A DNA stretch of 64,000 bases from the human T2T-CHM13v2.0 reference genome, Homo sapiens, in NCBI RefSeq assembly GCF_009914755.1, contig NC_060948.1; one strand, written 5' to 3'. The number at the start of each line of letters is the position of its first letter. The stretch's first letter is position 1. Both the position numbers and the translations under genes were made by a program. This document shows, one piece after another, positions 12,885-26,712 of the stretch. The notes beneath the pieces were generated by a model. It ran no database searches and had not been told where the DNA came from. It saw nothing but the letters and a program-made list of their open reading frames with translations.

Positions 12885-14924
12885 ATGAGGAAAATCGTCG
12901 TGGGACTTATTTTCCTTATAACATGGATTTGTGTGGTAAAAGCTGCTTCTTCCCACACAGAGGAATGCTTTCAGTGCATACTTCAGGTCACTGAGGTAGG
13001 ACAAAAGGTTAAAACAATCTTTTTGTTCTATAGTTATTATGAGTGCCTAGGAACTCCAGAAGGAACATGTTTATATAATAACACTCAGCACAAAGTCTGT
13101 AATCCAGGAAGTGATCAGCCTGATGTGTGCTGTGACTCCTCTGAACCTCCCATGATCACAGTTTTTTGAAATAAGACTAAGAACTGGTCCTTTTCTAGGT
13201 GACACAAGTAAAATAATAGCTAAGACACAAGAAAGAGGGGTCCCCAAGCATGTAACCCTAAAATTTGATGCTTTTGCCACTATTAATAGTAATCAGTATG
13301 GAATAGGATGCGGTTCTTTAGATTGGGAAAAAAGTTACACAGCAGAAAATAAGTATATCTGCGATGAATCATATTCATGTACAAAAGTGTGTCAGCACTG
13401 GTCTTGTGTCATCTGGGTTTCTTGGAAAAAAGATGAAAAAGATCTCGTTTTCCAAAAAGGAAAAAGCAGCTCGTCCTGCACAAGTGGAAGCTGCAACCCT
13501 TTAGAATTGGTAATTACAAATCCCTTATACCCAAAGTAGGAAAAAGGAGAACACATATCTCTAGGCATTGATGGAAAAGGACTAGACCCTAGAGTAAATA
13601 CCTTAATAAAAGGGGAGGTTCAGAAACGCTGTCCAGAACCAGTATTTCAGACTTTCTATGATGAACTAAATGTGCCAGTACCTGAGATTCCAGGAAAAAC
13701 TAAAAATTTGTTTTTGCAATTAACCGAGCATGTAGCCCAGTCTCTAAAAGTCATTCTGTGTTGTTTGTGGAGGAACTTTAAAAGGAGATCGATGGCCACG
13801 GGAAGCCCAAGAATCAGTTCCTACAGACCCAGTTCCTGATGAATTCCCAGCCCAAAAGAACCACCCTGACAATTTCTGGGTTCTAAAAGTCTCAATTATT
13901 GTACACTATTGCATAGCTAGAAAAGGAAAAGAATTTACTCATCCTGTAGGACGGCTTAGTTGTCTAGGACAGAAACTGTATAACAGTACCACAAAACAGT
14001 TACATGGGGGAGTTCAAACCACACAGAGAAAAATCCATTCAGTAAATTTCCAGAGTTGCAGACCATTTGGGCCCACCCAGAATCCCACCAGGACTGGACT
14101 GCCCCCACTGGGTTATACTGGATATGTGGACATAGAGCCTATGCTAAGCTACCTGACCAGTGGACAGGTAGTTGTGTAATTGGCACTATTAAAACATCTT
14201 TCTTCCTAATACCCATAAAAACAGGTGAACTCCTACGCTTCCCTGTCTGTGCTTCTCACGAAAAGCAAAGCATAGCCATAGGTAATTGGAAAGACGATGA
14301 ATGGCTTCCTGAGAGAATTATACAATACTATGGGCCTGCCCCTTGGGCACAAAATGGCTCATGGGGATACCAGACCCCCATTTACATGTTCAACTGAATT
14401 ATACAGTTGCAAGCTGTTTTAGAAATCATCAGTAATAAAACTGGTTAAGCCGTGACTGTTCTAGCCTGGCAAGAAACTCAGATGAGGAATGCTATCTATC
14501 AAAATAGATGAGCTCTCGACTACTTGCTAGCAGCTGAAGGAGGGGTTTGTGGAAAATTTAACCTTACTAATTGCTGTCTACACATAGATGATCAGGGGCA
14601 AGTAGTTGAAGACATAGTTAAAAATAAAACGAAACTGGCACATGTGCCCCTGCAAGTGTGGCATGGATATGATCTTGGGGCCATGTTTAGAAATTGGTTC
14701 CCAGCACTAGGAGGATTTAAAACTCTACAGTAGGAGTTATAATAGTAATAGGAACCTGCTTACTGCTCCCTTTTTTACTACCTGTACTTCTTCAAAGGAT
14801 AAAAAGCTTCATTGCTACCTTTGTTCACCAAAATGCTTCAGTACAAATGTACTATGTGAATCACTATCAATCTATTACACAGGAAGACAAAAGTAGCAAA
14901 AATGAGAGTAAGAACTCCCACTAA
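12885..14924 (+). pseudogene. HERV-E env, disrupted
   Basis: Signal peptide MRKIVVGLIFLITW; decayed furin site HEKQ; [19 protein letters not shown] with TGA at 14509-14511; CX6CC ([10 protein letters not shown]). Confidence 0.88.
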
Positions 14925-16449
14925 TAAAAAGTGAGAGTCTCAAAGGGGGAAAATGAGAGAAGAGAGACAGACCCTCTCATATTGTTTTATACTCAGAAAA
15001 GGAAAGGAAAGCGAAACTAAAGGCAGGTAGCCCAGTGCCTAGGAACCAGACCCGAAACCGAGGAAGCAGAACGAAAACCAGGCCTGGGCCTGCCTGACCT
15101 AAGCCTGGTAGTTAAAATCCCACCCCAACCTAGCAACTGATGTTATCTATACATTATAGAAAGACACTATAAAACTTCCCAGTCTGTTCTGTTTCACTCT
15201 GACCACCAGTACTTGCAGCCCCTGTCATGTACCCCCTGGCTTGCTCAATTGATCACGACCCTCTCACAGACCCCCTTAGAGTTATGAGCCCTTAAAAGGG
15301 ACAGAAGTTGGGCACCTGACAAGCTCGGATTTTAAGATGTTAGTCTGTCGATGCTTCCAGCTGATTAAAGATGGATTTTAAGACATTAGTCTGCCAATGC
15401 TTCCAGCTGATTAAAGCCACTTCCTTCACTATCTTGGTGTCTGGGGGATTTTGTGCACAGCTCGTCCTGCTACAAGACAAAGTAGCAATTCTGCAATGAC
15501 ATCAGCAGCAGCCATTGTGTGGATTTTTTACAAGAGAATTAATAAATTATAAACTTTAAGGAAATAAAACAAATTTCAATCAACATTTATCCACAGGAAT
15601 TCCCCCCCCCCCCACCAAAAAAAAAGTTAGCAGCTAGTGGAGTAACCAGTGGGCCTTTAATAATCTGGAATGGTAGATAAATTTATTGGATCTTAAATGC
15701 ATTCCTTGGAAACTTGAAAGCACCAAAGTTAGTGGCCTTTGGCAGCCTGATAGTAATTACCTCTACTCGTTAGGACCCCAGGGCTGAGAGAGTTCCCCTT
15801 CCTTGTCACACAGACAAAATGGGAACACCCCACAGCAAGGCTTCAGCCACATCCTGCCCTGATTCAGTTCTGAGAATTGGTAGGGCACAGGCACCATGGT
15901 TTCCCAGTGTTCCTTCAGGGTATCAGCCACCTTTTTAATCACAAAATAATGGAGAGTTGGAGAGTCTCCTTGTCAGGCATCAGTGGGGAAGGAAAATTAA
16001 ATTAAGTAATAAAATTTAAAATAATAAGCATAACATAGGTAATAGTTAACATTTAGTATAAGCTATTTAGAAGTCACACATAGGCTAAAATTTTAAGCAG
16101 ACCCTCCCAGCATTGTTAACAAGTTGCAGATGCAAGCTTACTTCAAAAGCTTTTCACCTGCCTCGGCCCACCACCTCCCCGCCACTTCCATCCCCCCACC
16201 CACTTCCACCCCCGTACCGCATCCCGCACATTGCACTGTGCATTGTGCCATTGCACTCCAGCCTGGGTAACATAGTGAGACTCCATTTCAATAATAATAA
16301 TAATAATAAATAAAATAAAGTTGATATAAATTGAGCAAGTGGATAATACTACTGTCTTCATGGGTAAAATGCTGATGAAATTTGTCCAAAAATCTGATAG
16401 CTATTTCTTGGCTTATGACTTTGTGGGTTTTTGGTTGTTGCTGTTTGTT

Positions 16450-17328
<879 letters not shown>

Positions 17329-17421
17329 CTTTATCACTTGTTAACATAGTCAAGCCATGTTTTTATTTCCTCACATCCTAACTTGAGGGCAGAGTCCAGC
17401 AGAGCCCGCCAGTTTGCATAC

Positions 17422-17543
17422 CTGATCAGATCGGGTATCTTCCCGTCAAGAACACGGACCAGCTTGGGCTGCAGATGGAGGTGGCAGAGATGTGCTGAGT
17501 CAGTCGCACGCCTTCCCTGGCAAGGCAGTGGATGTGAGGCGTC
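17422..17543 (-). pseudogene. ARSFP1: ARSF-like exon with the sulfatase signature (122 bp)
   Basis: Polypyrimidine tract + cag acceptor, gtatgc donor; CSPSW...LTGRYP; in-frame TGA at 17426-17428. Confidence 0.93.
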
Positions 17544-17559
17544 CTGAAGGGGGAGAGGG

Positions 17560-18576
17560 AAGGTGTATTGAAGAGAAGGAAAAGGTGGGAGGCGGGGGAA
17601 GCAGAGAGGAAGAGTGAGAGAAAGGCAGAGAAGGACAAACAGAAAGGCACAGGTGGAAAGAGAGAGGAGAGACAGACAGGGAGAGAGGGAGAGACCCAGA
17701 AAGCGAGGCAGAGAGAGAGAGACAGACAGAAAGAAAAGATGAAAGAGAGAGAGAGAGATGAGAATGAGAGCAACAGAAAAGGATAGAAAGAGACAAACAG
17801 AAAGAAAGAGATAAAAAGAGAAAGAGACAAAGGGTAGGACACACAAAGAGAGAGAGAGATGGAAAGAGAGAGACAAACAGAAAAAAGGAGAGAGAAAGAG
17901 AGACAGAAAGAGGGAGACAGAGAATGACAGAGAGGGACAAACATACAGAGAAGATGAGAGAGAGAGAGAGAGATGGAAAGAGACATACGGAGTTTAAGAG
18001 AGAGACAGAAAGAAATGAAAAGAAAGACTTAAACAGAAGGAGGGAGTCAGAGAAAGAGAAACAGAAAATGAGGTGGGTAAAGAGAGACAGACAGACAGAG
18101 GGAGAAGAAAGAGAGAAAAACATAGAGAGATGAAAAGAGAGAAAGAGACAGAGAGAGATACAGAAAGAGAGATGGAGAGAGAGAAGTAGAAAGAGAGAGA
18201 TAAACAGAGAGATGGAAAGAGACAGACAGAGGGTGAGAGAAGGAAAGACAGAAAGAGATAGAAAGAAATGGATAGAATGAGATAGACAAAAAGAGAGACA
18301 AAGACAGAGACCGACAGTCACAGAGAGATATAGAAAGAGAGACAAGCAGACAAAGGGGGAGACAGAGACAGACATAGAAACAAATGGAGAGACAGAAAGA
18401 GATGGAAACAGATGGACAGAGAGAGGGAGAGAGAGAGACAGAAAGAGATAGAAAGAAATAGAAAGAGATAGATAGAGAGAGACAATCAGAGACAGATAGA
18501 CAAGCAGACAGAGAGGGGTGACAGAGACAGGCATAGAAGGAGATGGAGAGACAGAAAGAAGAGAAAGAGAGAGACA

Positions 18577-18608
<32 letters not shown>

Positions 18609-18610
18609 TC
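17560..18610. repeat. GA-rich low-complexity tract (~1 kb)
   Basis: Degenerate GAGA/GACA/GAAA repeats; source of spurious Ser/Leu ORFs. Confidence 0.95.
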
Positions 18611-18959
18611 TGAAGATAAACAACATCCCTGTTTATTATGATTTCCAGGTGCCCAGAGCAGGTAACTGCACATGGAGTTCATTTTTCTTTCTTGCCCGTG
18701 TCAAGGTGAAGTATGACTGAAATTCCAGGCAGCTGTTGTTCTGCGGGGCTCGTATACATGGGTGCCGCTATATGGTGTCCATTCACTGTACTTCAGCCTT
18801 ACAAAATAAAATGCTTAAGGAATTGGGGTCTGATTTATCGAGGCTAATTGCTTACAGACCTTACTTATGCCTAACTACTTACAGACCACCCACCCACCAA
18901 TTTGATAGATACATTTCCCTGCAGTCTGCATAGGTTGCAAAACTGTCATATGATTAAAT

Positions 18960-19445
18960 ATTCAAAAGAAGGAAATCCCATCATTTTCAACAACACAGAT
19001 GAACTGAAAGGGTATTAAATGAAATAAGCCAAGCACAGAGAGACAAATACCGCATGATCTCACTTATGTGTGGAATCTAAAACAGCAAACTCAGAAGTAG
19101 AATAGTGGGTATCAGGGGCTGGGGCAAGGGTTGAGAATAGGTATGTTAAAGGATATAACATCTCATGGAGCCAAACATGAATAAATCCTCTATTTGATTT
19201 ATTCCTCACATAGAGGAATAAATTTAAGAGATCTGTTGCAGATTGTGGTGACTATAGCTAATAACAATGTATTCTATTCTTGAAATTGCCATAATTTTAA
19301 CCATTCTCACCACATATAAATAATAAGTATGTGTGGTTGTGCATGTTAATTAGCTTGATTTAGCTATTCCACAATGGATCCATGAATCAAAACATCATAA
19401 TGTACACCATAAATACACAGAACTATAATTTGTCAATTAAAAAAT
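18960..19445 (+). mobile_element. Old L1M 3'-end fragment
   Basis: gaaataagccaagcacagagagacaaataccgcatgatctcacttatg; A-rich end. Confidence 0.8.
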
Positions 19446-20194
19446 AATTTAACAAGAGAATTCTGGAGGCTGGAGAGACTTCTGGAAAAAGAATCAGTCA
19501 CCTCTTGGATGAAAATAAAATATAATGATTTCTACATTTGTTCATGAGAGAAATTATGACAGGTAACTGGTGCAAGAAGAATTTCCAGCTTTACCAAGGC
19601 ATGTATCTGATTTTTTTTTTGAGATATGGAAGTCACCTACCAACTTTTAAAACATTATTTATTTTGCAAAGAAAAAAGATTATAAACTGCATTCCAGGGG
19701 CACGTGTGCCTGATTTTAGATTTCACATTATAATCTCACTTCTCAAATTGCTAGTATTTTCAGCAAAACACTGATACCTCACACTGACATAATCTCCATA
19801 AATATCTGCCATTTATGGACACCATGTTTCTGTGCGTTTGGGTGAGTCCTCCCTTCTTTTCTCATAAGCAATGGTTAATTTTTGGCGACTACTTTTTCAT
19901 GACTCCTAGCTCTGTTGTTGAAAACTGTGATGACTACCTTCAGCATCTATTAGTCACACATGCAGTGATCTTAAAAGTGTATGATGTATGTCTTATAATG
20001 ATGTACTCCTAAGCTCAGTATAAGCATAGCTAATACAGGTGGCTTCTATAATCCACTACAAAGCTCTGAGTTTCTGCTGCATATCTGTTTTTCTTCTTTC
20101 AGAATGCCCATTGTTAAAAATACAAGCTCATCACCTTAAAGAATCTGTTGACTCGCCAAATTAGGAAACAGAATGAATTCTGCTGAATGTACAT

Positions 20195-20755
20195 ATTCAC
20201 ATTTATATATTTATGAATATATATGCTTGAATATATAAATATATACTTATTAATTTATACATATTTATGAATATATTTATATGAACATATTTATATATTA
20301 TAAATATGAATATATAAATATGTTTATAATATATAATTTTATGTTATGAATATATATTCATTTTATATAAATATTTATATAAAATAAATAAATATGTTTA
20401 CATATATTTATTTATACTTTTCTAAAGTATATAGATGTTTATATATTTATTTAAATATATTTATATATAAATGTATATAAATTTTATTTATACATTTATA
20501 TAAAAATGAATATATATTCATAGACATATAAATATGTATATATTCATGTATATATGAATAACATTTATATATTTGTAATATATACTCATATATGTTTATA
20601 TATTGAATATATGTTCATATATTCATAATATATGATATATAATACAATAAATGTATGATATATATTTTATATATTATAGAATATATTCATAAATGAAATA
20701 TATCACATATTTATATAATATTTATATGTTTATATCTGTATATGCACATGTATAT
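20195..20755. repeat. AT-rich (TA)n-derived low-complexity tract
   Basis: Almost pure A/T degenerate repeats. Confidence 0.95.
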
Positions 20756-21317
20756 ACAATCATCATGCTTCATAATAGACTGCATAATAGAGGATAGTTG
20801 TGTGTTAGGTACTATTCTAAGTTCTTTACACATATAAACTCAGGGATATAAAGCCTTCTCTGCATTCGACAAATAAGAAAACTAAGGCACAGACAGCTTC
20901 GGCGACTTCTCCAAGACTTCAGAGGTAGTAAATACAGAGCTAGGACTTGGGTCCGGACAGCCACGCTTTTACTTTGACCATCCTCGTTAATGGTAGAGAC
21001 ACTGGATGCACTGATTACCCTGATCTGATCACTATACATTGTGCGTATCCAAACCTCACTGTGTATCCCGTGAAGATGGACGATTATTATTTCTTAAAAA
21101 CTGAATGAGATTCAAATTAAAATTATTAAAAATGTAATTGTAAAACTATTTTTACAATTTAAATCTAAATAATTTAAAGCTATCAAAAAGCTTAAAGTAA
21201 CTTAAAAAATCCCAATGAATCCATTTGGTTTTGCACATAGATGCAGTTGTACAAGTTTGTCAGCCTGTCAAACCTGAACAACTGATGAACATATGACTCG
21301 CCATGAAACCGCCTTAC

Positions 21318-21467
21318 CTGATGGTGTCATTGCCATAGCAGCCCAGATCTCCAATACCCAGGTTATCAACCATGATCAGGATAATATTAGGCTTGTTGTC
21401 ATGCACCCTGTGTGCCTGGCAAGTGTTCAAGAGTGCACACACCAAAGACATGAAGACCAAGGGGCTC
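21318..21467 (-). pseudogene. ARSFP1: ARSF-like exon: signal peptide and PN...DDLG motif (150 bp)
   Basis: tttgctttccag acceptor, gtaagg donor; peptide [19 protein letters not shown]...[22 protein letters not shown]. Confidence 0.93.
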
Positions 21468-21689
21468 CTGGAAAGCAAACGGATTTTATTGGCCAGGCTT
21501 CTCTGGGTGGATTCAGGATCCACCTCCCAGTACAACACAACAGGGGTCTTTGAAGATCACGTGGATCTCCCAGACATCTCCTCAAGCTCAAGAGTGTCTC
21601 TCTCCAAGCACCGAGCTCTGCTGCTGAATGGTAGCAGAAGTTCCCAATGTAATGTGCTCTTGGCTTCTCACGTTGCATAAAATAAAGGC

Positions 21690-22925
<1,236 letters not shown>

Positions 22926-22929
22926 TTGA

Positions 22930-23228
22930 ATTTTTTTTTTGAGAAGGAATGTCGCTCTGTCACCCAGACTGGAGTGCAGTGCATGATCTCAGCTGACTGC
23001 AAGCTCCATCTCTCAGGTTCATGCCATTCTGCCACCTCAGCATCCCAAGTAGCTGGGACCACATGTGCCCACAACCATGCCTGGATAATTTATTTATTTA
23101 TTTATTTTTTAGTAGAGACAGGGTTTCACCATGTTAGCCAGGATGGTCTTGATCTTCTGATCTCATGATCCACCCACCTCAGCCTCACAAAGTGCTGGGA
23201 TTGCAAGCGTGAGCCACTTGCACCCAGC
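22930..23228 (-). mobile_element. Alu
   Basis: Antisense Alu consensus. Confidence 0.88.
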
Positions 23229-23449
23229 CTGCAATATTTTTTAAAACCTAAAGTAGATGCTCTTCCAGGAGGGAAATCTGAAAACATGTACTCAGAGGCA
23301 AATGGTTGCAGAGGATGGAGACTATAAGACTCCTGAAGTTAATTCCTTCTTCCAAGGACTTACCCTTATTTAAGGAACTTAACTGAATCTCTAAGTTTAA
23401 GGGATTTAACCTTAACTTACTAAAATCAGAATTTTTATTCTAATTTAAA

Positions 23450-24180
23450 GGTGTGTCAGTGCATATGTTCCTTACAGCACTATTCACAGTGGCCAAACTG
23501 TGAAATCAACCTCAGTGTCCATCACTGGATGAATGGATAAAGAAAATATGGTACATATACATCATGGAATACTACCCAGCCTTAAAAAAGAATGGAATTC
23601 TGTCATTTACGACACAATGGATAAACCTGGAGGTTATTATGCTAAGGAAAATAAGCCTGGCACAGAAACACCAATACCACATGATCTCACTTCTATGTGG
23701 AATCTCAAAAAGTTGATCTCATAGAAGGAAAGGGTAGAATGATGCCTGTTAGGAGCTCAGAGAGCAGTGGGGGGCTTGGAGAGATGCTGGTCGAAGGATA
23801 CAAAATTTCAATTTGACAGAAGAAGTAAGTTCAAAGAATCTATTGTACTTGTGCTGACTGTAGTTAATAAGAATGTGTTTTAGAGTTGAAAATTACTGAT
23901 AAAATCTACTCAAAGTGTTCTCATCACAAATAGGTAAGTGGATGAGGTAATGTGCATTAGCATAATTGAGCCATTCCAAAAGGCAGGCGTATTTCAAAAC
24001 ATCAAGTTGTACACCAAAAATCTATGCAATGTTTATATGTCAGGGTTTTTTTACCCAAAGGACAATAAAAAAGAAAAAGAAATTTAAAAAGGAAAAAAAT
24101 TAAAAAGAAAACTGAATTTTAAAATAAGAAAAAATAAATAAAAATAAAATATTAATAATATAAAAAGAATAAATACATGC
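23450..24180 (+). mobile_element. Old L1M 3'-end fragment
   Basis: gatgaatggataaagaaaatatggtacatatac motif; long A-rich tail. Confidence 0.8.
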
Positions 24181-25319
24181 AATTTATCATTACCCGAAAT
24201 TTTTAAAACATCAGATTGTGTATGGAATTGGTTCCTTCCCGTGGGTTCTTTGTCTCACTGACTTCAAGAATGAAGCTGCAGACCCTCATGGTGAGTGTTA
24301 CAGTTCTTAAAGATGGTGTGTCTGGAGTTTGTTCCTTCAGATGTTCAGAAGTGTCTGTAGTTTCTTCCTTCTGGTGGGCTCCTTCCTGGTCCTGCTGACT
24401 TCAGAAGTGAAGCCACAGTCCTTTGCAGTGAGTGTTATAGCTCTTAAAGGTGGCATGTCCAGAGTTGTTTGTTCCTCCCAGTGGGTTCATGGTCCCACTG
24501 ACTTCAGGAATGAAGCTGCAGACCCTCACAGTGTTTCAGCTCACAAAGATAGTGCAGACCCAAAGAGTGAGCAGCAGCAAGATTTACTGTGAAGAGCGAA
24601 ACAACAAAGCTTCCACAGTGTGGACAGGGACCCAAGCGGGTTGCCACTGCTGGCTCGGGTGGCCAGCTTTTATTCCCTTATTTGCCCCACACACATCCTG
24701 CTGATTGGTTCATTTTACAGAGTGCTGATTGGTCCATTTTAGAGAGTTCTGATTGATGAATTTACAATCCTTTAGGAAGACACAGAGTGCTGATTGGTGC
24801 ATTTTTACAGAGTGCTGATTGGTGCAATGACAATCCTCTAGCTATACAGAAAAGTTTTCCACATCCCCACTCAACCCACAAAGTCCAGCTGGCTTCACCT
24901 CTCAATCTCCCCTCTAAACAGGACACCCCAACTTAGGAATTGGGTGATGACCATTCTAGCTACTTCCTGCTGAATAGGGCAAAGATGGGGCCCTGTATTT
25001 ATAGTGTCCTCCAGAGAGGAACTCGTTAGGTCAGCAAAAGGGCCAGTGGGTTGGTCCAGGGGTTCTCAGTAGAAGTTGTTAGTTGAGCTCATTTGGGGTT
25101 CCATTTGTAAAAACAACTGTACCTTGATGGCCTCGATTCTAGAGGAAACAAATTTGACAAGGAGGTTAAAAATACAAGGCCTGAAGGTGAGTAATAGCAA
25201 GATGGCTGTCACAGGACCTAGAAAGGGGAGAAGCCATGTCGCCCAACTCCAGAGGTTGGTATAAGAGTTTGAAAGGTGTCTGATTTCAAAAGCCTTTTCC
25301 TGTAAACGCTGGGCAGCAT

Positions 25320-25625
25320 CTAGTCTATCCCTGACTGATTAGTGTAAAAACAACACTCTTTCCCTAAGAAGGTGCAAAGTCCCCCTTTCTCAGCAGTGAG
25401 GAAGTCTAGGTCTTGGTGGTTTTGCAGAGTCTCTGCTGCTAAAGAGTCTATTTTGGATTGTAAAGTAAGGATAGATTTATTTATTTCTTGCAAACTGTCT
25501 GATAAATCCTTTGAGAGTGCATGGTAGTAGGATAATGAAGTAGATAAACTAGCTATTCTAGTTCCTGTAGCAGTAGCCATTCCTAACCCTGTAAGTAGGG
25601 ATATTAGTTGTATGGCTCTGTGTTG
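25320..25625 (-). pseudogene. ERV9 env TM remnant
   Basis: ISD-like LQNHQDLDFLTAEKGGLC and CX6CC (CTFLGKECC). Confidence 0.85.
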
Positions 25626-26712
25626 ACAGACTTGAGCTTTGAGGGACAGTGATAAGTTCTGATTTCCATAAGATTAGAAGTTAGGATAATACATGTTATA
25701 CTGTTAACTTTTAGCAAACTTACTTTTGTTGAAAATCTTGTAAGTTTGGGATTTCAATTATTCTTTGCTATTAATAAGACCTTGTTCAGTCCATATTAAC
25801 TTAGAATTGGTATAGATGGCTCCTTCCTGATTCTGTAAGTACTTTAAGGTTTGGCTGAGTGCAAACAGCTCACACCCTTGAGCAGACCAATTATTAAGCA
25901 ATTTTCCTAACTCTTACTCTGCAAGAATTTCCTTATCACTTACTGAATACCATTGTGTCTTTTTCCCTTAATCACCTGGGAGGAACCATCTATCATTCTA
26001 TTGTCCTGTCTTCAAGGGAGTTCCTCCTAGGTCTGGTCGGACCTTTGTATGGTAATTAGTTAAGATTTAGATTCCATTAGGAAACTTTCTGGGTTAAGGA
26101 TTTTTGATAGGAAGGCTATGGGTTGTCAGTGGCCTCAGTGCTTTTGGGCTACATCCTTGTTTACACTGAAAACAAGGTGGCATTGGAGTGTTATAGGGTT
26201 ATGGAAAAGACCTTCAATTGTCAATTACAGGTTTTTAATTTACCCTGGCTTTTAGAGGAATAGAGTATACTGTTTTTTCTTTACTACTTCCATTTCTGTT
26301 TCTTTCTCTTTTGACTTCTTTTTTGTCTCTCTTTCTGACTCTTTGTCTCTTTCTGACTCTTTGTCTTTCTGACTCTGTCTCTTCCTTTCTCTTTTTGATT
26401 TTCTGTCTCTCTGTTTCTTCCTCTGTCTGTCTCCTTCTCTTTGTCTCTCTGTTTCTTCCTCTCTCTCTCTCTGACTTTCTGTCTCTTTCTCTCTCCTTTC
26501 TGCTGGTCTTTGCCTGCCTCTGCCAACTGCTTATGCTGCTGTTCTCCCCACTCCTTCCCCTTTTGATGGCTTTGGCAGTATGAAACTGCCACCTCTTTGG
26601 GTTTTTGCACTGCATGCAATAACTCCATGATTGCCTTGTGATACTTAATGGGTCTTCCCCCAGAGGTTAGGAACAACTTTTCTTTTCCATATTGCAGCAT
26701 GGGCATGTAGGA

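Larger units (their letters stand above)
8912..15474 (+). mobile_element. HERV-E provirus (LTR2-family LTRs), defective, with a gag-pol deletion
   Basis: LTRs 8912-9409 and 14954-15474; perfect 4-bp TSD AGAC; tRNA-Glu PBS; PPT AAAGGGGGAAAA 14942-14953; HERV-E-like Gag, Pol and Env peptides. Confidence 0.92.

Noticed and set aside
12885-14924. Domesticated syncytin-like env
   Set aside because: Multiple stops and frameshifts, decayed furin site and a stop in the ISD
8912-15474. AZFa-flanking HERV15 provirus
   Set aside because: PBS is Glu and Gag/Env are HERV-E-like; none of the three proviruses has an Ile-type PBS
17334-18682. Long Ser/Leu-rich ORFs (up to 344 aa) and Glu/Arg-rich ORFs
   Set aside because: Translations of a stop-poor GA/CT tract; only the terminal 17422-17543 part is a real exon
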